Assembly: GCA_041497675.1 (NCBI GenBank)
Contig: JBGQGY010000017.1
Location: forward strand, 1-40,774
DNA length: 40,774 bases
Direction of reading: 5' to 3'
DNA from: a bacterium
Lineage (GTDB): Bacteria > Sysuimicrobiota > Sysuimicrobiia > Sysuimicrobiales > Humicultoraceae
Numbering within the stretch: position 1 is the stretch's first letter; each line of letters opens with the position of its first letter. This document shows positions 36,273-40,774 of the stretch, in pieces. A model generated the notes under the pieces. That model ran no database searches. It was not told where the DNA came from and saw only the letters and a list, made by a program, of their open reading frames with translations. A program made the position numbers and the translations under genes.

Positions 36273-37212
36273 AACGGATGCGGGGATCCACGTACACATA
36301 TAAGAGGTCGACCAGTAGGCTGCTCGCCGCCACGACCGTGGAGATCACCAGCGTGATGCCCATGATCATCGGGTAGTCTCGTTCGAACGCGGCGCGCACC
36401 GCCAGACTGCCCATGCCCGGCCAGGCGAACACCGTTTCGGTAATCGCCGCCCCGGCCACCAGTCGAGGCAACTGCAGCCCGACGATGGTCACGAGGGTGA
36501 GCAACGCGTTGCGCAGCGCGTGCCGGTAGAGCACAGTGCGTTCGCCGAGTCCCTTCGAACGGGCCGTGCGCACGTAATCCTGCCGCAGCACGGCCATCGT
36601 CGAGGAGCGCGTGTACCGCGCAAACAGCGCCATATTTGCCGTCCCCAGGACCACCGCGGGCAAGAGCAGATGGCGGGCGGCGTCCACGATGGAGTGCGGC
36701 GCCCCGATCGTACGCATCCCGCCGGGCGGCAGCCACCCCAGGAGAATCGAGAAAAGGACGATCAGCATCAACCCAAACCAGAACGTGGGAATCGAAATCC
36801 CAAAGAACGACAAAAACGTGACGCTGTGGTCCAGCGCCGAGTACGGCCGTGCCGCCGAGATCACGCCTGCCGGCACGGCGACGACCAGGGACAGCACCAG
36901 CGCGGCGGCCGACAGCACGAGGGTGTTCGGCAGCATCTGGCCGATGATCTCCAGCACCGGCAGCCCCGCCTGATACGATGTGCCCAGGTTGCCGTGCAGG
37001 ACCTGTGCGAGCCATCGGACGTACTGGATGTGCACAGGTCTGTCGAGCCCCAGGATCGCGCGCATCCGCGCGATCTCTTCTTGACCGAGGTTTCGGTCCA
37101 GCAGGATCGACGGGCCCCCCGGCGCCTGCATGATGAGCGCGAAGATGACGACGGTGACCACGAGCAGCAGCACCGCGGTCTGCACCAGCCGGCGGATCAG
37201 GTAGCGGATCAG
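36265..37212 (-). CDS. Peptide ABC permease, DppB/OppB-like (probable CTG start)
   Basis: (M)IRYLIRRL, PGGP, LGLDRP, GNLGTS, QDYVRTARSKG, HALRNAL, ETVFAWPGMG, DLLY..VDPRIR. Confidence 0.92.
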   Translation of the reverse strand: MIRYLIRRLVQTAVLLLVVTVVIFALIMQAPGGPSILLDRNLGQEEIARMRAILGLDRPVHIQYVRWLAQVLHGNLGTSYQAGLPVLEIIGQMLPNTLVLSAAALVLSLVVAVPAGVISAARPYSALDHSVTFLSFFGISIPTFWFGLMLIVLFSILLGWLPPGGMRTIGAPHSIVDAARHLLLPAVVLGTANMALFARYTRSSTMAVLRQDYVRTARSKGLGERTVLYRHALRNALLTLVTIVGLQLPRLVAGAAITETVFAWPGMGSLAVRAAFERDYPMIMGITLVISTVVAASSLLVDLLYVYVDPRIRYE

Positions 37213-38810
37213 CGCGTGACCGAGACACCGGTCATGTGCGTGAGCGCATCCCGGTAGCCCATCGGGACCCAACCCTGCACACGCTTGCTGAGCGCCTGGA
37301 CCTCCGACGGATACACGAGAAAGATCACGGGCGCGTCCCACGCCATGAACTTCTGCGCCTGCTGGTAGATCCTGGCGCGCGCTTTGGGATCGAAAACCTG
37401 CCGGCCTTCATCGAGCAGCTTGTCCAACTCGGGGTTGGCGTAGCCAAACTCGTTGAGCGTCCCCTGGCTATGGTAGTAGCCGATGATATCGGCTTCCGGC
37501 GGCGTGATGTACCAGAGCGTCCACGCCTGCAGCGGGTTGGGCCGCGTGCGGATGCGTGAGAGCAGCGCGTTGAACTCGCTAATGCGCACGTCTGCGTCGA
37601 CGCCGACGTCGCGCCAGTACTGGCGCGTGACCACCGCGGTTTGTTCTCGGACGGGGTTGCCGCGGTCGACCTCGAGCGTGACCTTCAACGGCTGGCCGGC
37701 CTTGCGGCGGATCCCGTCCGGACCCTTCGTCCACCCCGACTCCTCAAGGAGGCGGTTGGCCAGTTGGGGGTTGTAGGGGAACTGGTGCACTTTGTCGGTG
37801 TAGGCCCATCCCACGAGCGGGTTGATCGGACCGGTCGCCAAGCGGCCCTTGCCGAGGTAGATCTTGTCCAGGAGCGCCTTGCGGTCGACCGCGTGCGTGA
37901 GCGCCTGGCGAACCTTGCGCTCGGTGAACGGCTCGACCTTGTTGTTGAACGCGATGAACGTGTAGTTCACCTGCGCCGCGTCGACGATGGTGAGGTTGTT
38001 CATCCGTTGGACCGCCGGCACCTGATGCGGTTCGATGATCATCAGGTCGAGCTGGCCGGTTTGCAACTGTGCGAGCTGCTGTTCCAGGTCGGCGACTACG
38101 CGAAAGACGATCGCGTCGAGCTTGGGCCGGCCGAGGAAGTAGCGGTCGTTGGCCACCAGCCGAATGTGCGACCCCAGGACCGATTCCCCAAACTTGAACG
38201 GCCCGGTGCCGATCGGGTTGCGGCGAAAGTCGACCGGGTTGCGGATCTGGTCGATCGTATAGTTTCCGAGGATGTGTTCAGGCAGGATGTTCGCCAGATA
38301 CCCGAGCATCACCGGCAGCGTGACGAACGGGACCCGCGTGACGATCCGAACGGTGTAGTCGTCGACGATGTCGACGCGGCTGATCTCTTGAATGTTGGCG
38401 CGTTGGAAGAACGGGACCTGCGGGTTCAGCCACAGGCGTTCGATCGTGAACTTGACGTCGCGCGCGGTGAAGGGGCGGCCGTCGTGCCAAGTGATGTTGC
38501 GGCGGAGGTTAAAGGTCCACGTGAGCTTGTCGTCGGATAGCGACCACCGCTCCGCCAGATCGCCCACCGGTTGCCAGCTCTTGGGGTCGTACTTGATCAG
38601 GGTGCTGTAGAGTACCTTGTTGACCAGGATGTTCGGCAGGCCGCCGGTGATCGGCCACATCTGCGCGTTGTCGATGAGCGGGAGTGAAAACGTCCCCGGC
38701 GTTGCCTGCGCCGAGGCCGGGGGCGTCTGGACCACACTGGCCACCAGCACGACGCCGACGATCAGCGCGATCGCGGCGCGAACGACACCACGCACCTGCT
38801 CTGCTCGCAT
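37209..38810 (-). CDS. ABC transporter substrate-binding protein, family 5
   Basis: GGAGGT SD; signal peptide (ASA-Q); GDLAERW, WTFNLR..WHDGRPFTARDVKFT, PIGTGPFKF, VRQALTHAVDR. Confidence 0.93.
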   Translation of the reverse strand: MRAEQVRGVVRAAIALIVGVVLVASVVQTPPASAQATPGTFSLPLIDNAQMWPITGGLPNILVNKVLYSTLIKYDPKSWQPVGDLAERWSLSDDKLTWTFNLRRNITWHDGRPFTARDVKFTIERLWLNPQVPFFQRANIQEISRVDIVDDYTVRIVTRVPFVTLPVMLGYLANILPEHILGNYTIDQIRNPVDFRRNPIGTGPFKFGESVLGSHIRLVANDRYFLGRPKLDAIVFRVVADLEQQLAQLQTGQLDLMIIEPHQVPAVQRMNNLTIVDAAQVNYTFIAFNNKVEPFTERKVRQALTHAVDRKALLDKIYLGKGRLATGPINPLVGWAYTDKVHQFPYNPQLANRLLEESGWTKGPDGIRRKAGQPLKVTLEVDRGNPVREQTAVVTRQYWRDVGVDADVRISEFNALLSRIRTRPNPLQAWTLWYITPPEADIIGYYHSQGTLNEFGYANPELDKLLDEGRQVFDPKARARIYQQAQKFMAWDAPVIFLVYPSEVQALSKRVQGWVPMGYRDALTHMTGVSVTR

Positions 38811-38831
38811 CGTCTCCACCTCCGGAGTCGA

Positions 38832-40634
38832 TCAGTCCAGGGCCGCCAGCGCACCCTCGAGGGCTTGGGCGGCGGTCAGCAGATTGAAGACCACTTTGTT
38901 GCGCCTGCGCACCAGGTGCGTGTGCAAGACGCGCGCCTGGTGCGAGTCCAACGTCATGTCGGCAAGCTCGCGTGCGTCTTGAAGGGACGGCAGCGGTGAC
39001 TGCGGTACCGCGGGATCGTGATCGAACGGGCTGCCCCCGGTGTACCCGACCTGGATCAGCGCCCGGATCGCCGTCCGTTGCGCCCGGCCGATGACGGCCG
39101 CGCGGTCGGCGTCACGCGCCCCCGCAGCCGCCGCGGCATCCGCCGCCGCAGTGGCGGCCGCGTCGAACCCTTGGGCCGCCGCGGCCAACCGCTCCATCGC
39201 CGCGGACAGCGGGCTCCAGTCGAACCGCGCGCCCGTGTGTTGGGCCAGTGTAGCCGTGACCGCGCGCAACTCCGCGACCGACGCACCAATCTTGAACGGC
39301 AGCACCGGGGCGACCGCGAACCGGTACGCCGCGATGAGGTAGATGCGGGCATCGAGGTGCAGGACGTCCCGGTCGACCTTGTCGATCGTGTCGTCTTCGG
39401 TGTGCCACCACCAGCCCAGCCCCGATCCACCGACGGCCCAGCGTTGACCCTTGGGCCGCACCGATGACCCCATGAGCAGCGACGGCACGCCGGCCCCCCA
39501 AAACGACTGATCGCCCGCCCGCACCGGGCGCTCCCAGCCGACGTCCTGACCGGTCAGTTCACGGATCAGGCCGACGGCGAAATCGGCGGCGTCAGCGGTG
39601 GCGGTCACCGGATCATACTCGGTGGCGCCCAGGACGCCGGGTGAGTCGCAGTTGATGTGGAGCACGCAGTGTTGGTAGAGGTCCTGCCACTGCTGATCGG
39701 CGTACCACGACGACCCGGCGTATCGCCCGGTCGAGTGCCCGGGCCAGAACGCGCACCGCACGCCGCGCCGCAGCCGGTCGCGGTGCGCGTGAAAGACCCG
39801 CGCCACTTCCATCGTGACCGCGTTGCCGGTCGCGTTGTCGGTGGCGCCGAGGTGCCACGAATCGACGTGCCCGGAAAACAGCACGAACTCGGGCGTCTGG
39901 CCGGGAATCGACGCCACCGGCAGCGTCACGCGCCGCCACCCGGTCTCGGTCCGGCTGTGCAGACGCAGCGTGACCGGTCCTCGCTCGAGGGCCGCCCGGA
40001 TCGCCTCGCCGCTCTTTTTGGTGATGCTGAGGATGGGGATGCGCGGGAACGCCGCCGCGGTGAGCGGGGTCGGCGCGCCCCACACCGGTGAAACGATCCC
40101 CTCGTGGATCGCGTCCTCGTCGCTCGGCCAGGTGTGGAGGTACGCCGCCGCGCCCTGTTCCTGCGCGGCCTGCATGTTGCGGCGGCTGCCGGCCTCAGAG
40201 AGCACGACCTTCCCCGCGACGCCCGCGCCGGCGAGACGCCGGTGGGTCTCGGTATCGCGGAACAGATCGGTGCCGCCGGGCACATAGATGACCTCACCGG
40301 TGACGCCCTCCGGCGGGGTGTTGCCGGAGAATGCCCGCGTCTTCGCGTTGATCTCCGCCGGCAGGCCGTGGCCACCAATCACCGCGATCGAACCCGCGAT
40401 CGGGTAGCTGAGATAGGCGTCGAACGCGTGCACGTCTACTGTGATACCGTCGGCGCGAAGGCGATCGGCGATGTAGTCCATGGCCCGCCGTTCCCCCTCG
40501 GTGCCGGAGGCGCGGTCGAACCCGCAGAGGAACTCGAGGTCGCGCCACATGCGGTCGGGCGCGATCGTGCTCAGGACATGGTGCTCGTCTTTGGAGAGCG
40601 CCGGGGCACCCGGGCGGGTCAGGGGAGGTTTCAC
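38832..40634 (-). CDS. M28-family peptidase-like protein with PA domain (non-canonical active site), paralog of 30651-32393
   Basis: GHVDSW..GATDNATG, FWPGHSTGRYAGS, NCDS, GDQSF, WWWHTEDDTIDKVD; GTGA overlap with upstream gene. Confidence 0.82.
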   Translation of the reverse strand: MKPPLTRPGAPALSKDEHHVLSTIAPDRMWRDLEFLCGFDRASGTEGERRAMDYIADRLRADGITVDVHAFDAYLSYPIAGSIAVIGGHGLPAEINAKTRAFSGNTPPEGVTGEVIYVPGGTDLFRDTETHRRLAGAGVAGKVVLSEAGSRRNMQAAQEQGAAAYLHTWPSDEDAIHEGIVSPVWGAPTPLTAAAFPRIPILSITKKSGEAIRAALERGPVTLRLHSRTETGWRRVTLPVASIPGQTPEFVLFSGHVDSWHLGATDNATGNAVTMEVARVFHAHRDRLRRGVRCAFWPGHSTGRYAGSSWYADQQWQDLYQHCVLHINCDSPGVLGATEYDPVTATADAADFAVGLIRELTGQDVGWERPVRAGDQSFWGAGVPSLLMGSSVRPKGQRWAVGGSGLGWWWHTEDDTIDKVDRDVLHLDARIYLIAAYRFAVAPVLPFKIGASVAELRAVTATLAQHTGARFDWSPLSAAMERLAAAAQGFDAAATAAADAAAAAGARDADRAAVIGRAQRTAIRALIQVGYTGGSPFDHDPAVPQSPLPSLQDARELADMTLDSHQARVLHTHLVRRRNKVVFNLLTAAQALEGALAALD

Positions 40635-40774
40635 TCCCGGCTCAACACACGCTCGGGTCCGCGCGCGGTTCCCCGCTGGATCGACGTGGGGGTGGGGTAG
40701 GCGATCTTCGAATGGGTGAGCCGCGACCCGACCAGCATCTCGGCCGTGCGCAACGATACGCGCAGCGCGTTCAC
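40631..40774 (-). CDS. C-terminal fragment of an Asp/Glu/hydantoin racemase-family protein (runs off window edge; not in ORF track)
   Basis: Minus-strand translation VNALRVSLRTAEMLVGSRLTHSKIAYPTP...SRE* resembles hydantoin/allantoin racemase C-termini; its TGA overlaps the M28 GTG. Confidence 0.6.
   Translation of the reverse strand: MNALRVSLRTAEMLVGSRLTHSKIAYPTPTSIQRGTARGPERVLSRE

Noticed and set aside
1..40774. Transposases, integrases, prophage or defence genes
   Set aside because: No ORF shows DDE, tyrosine/serine recombinase, phage structural or nuclease motifs that I can recognise.

Overview
High-GC bacterial window, almost fully coding. Its secretin and non-lipidated solute-binding proteins point to a diderm envelope. 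The many Dpp/Opp-type binding proteins would fit an Armatimonadota/Sysuimicrobiota-like lineage, but that is inference. There are four blocks. (1) 1-12.4 kb: a peptide/nickel-type ABC uptake and catabolic operon (2 SBPs, 2 permeases, HpcH aldolase, atypical GGT, creatininase, RraA/HMG aldolase), then an amidohydrolase, SDR, leuB and a lipoprotein. (2) 13.1-26.6 kb: tRNA-Asp followed by two GT-C glycosyltransferases (PIG-B/GT22-like and Pmt/GT39-like). These are divergent from a sensor-less LuxR-type regulator, a DUF5658-like gene and a Flp/Tad pilus operon that lacks a prepilin peptidase. A shared palindrome CTACCC-N3-GGGTAG lies upstream of both glycosyltransferases and of the pilin, suggesting a co-regulated pilus plus protein-O-glycosylation module. 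This is the best candidate for an undescribed system. (3) 26.6-29.2 kb: azlCD, TIGR01777 and bcp. (4) 29.1-40.8 kb (minus strand): a catabolic operon with a racemase (partial), two non-canonical M28 peptidases, SBP plus permeases, stand-alone CapA, a PanE-like reductase, an SDR and a 5'-nucleotidase. No CRISPR array, integrase or transposase was seen. All family assignments come from motifs read by eye, not from database searches.
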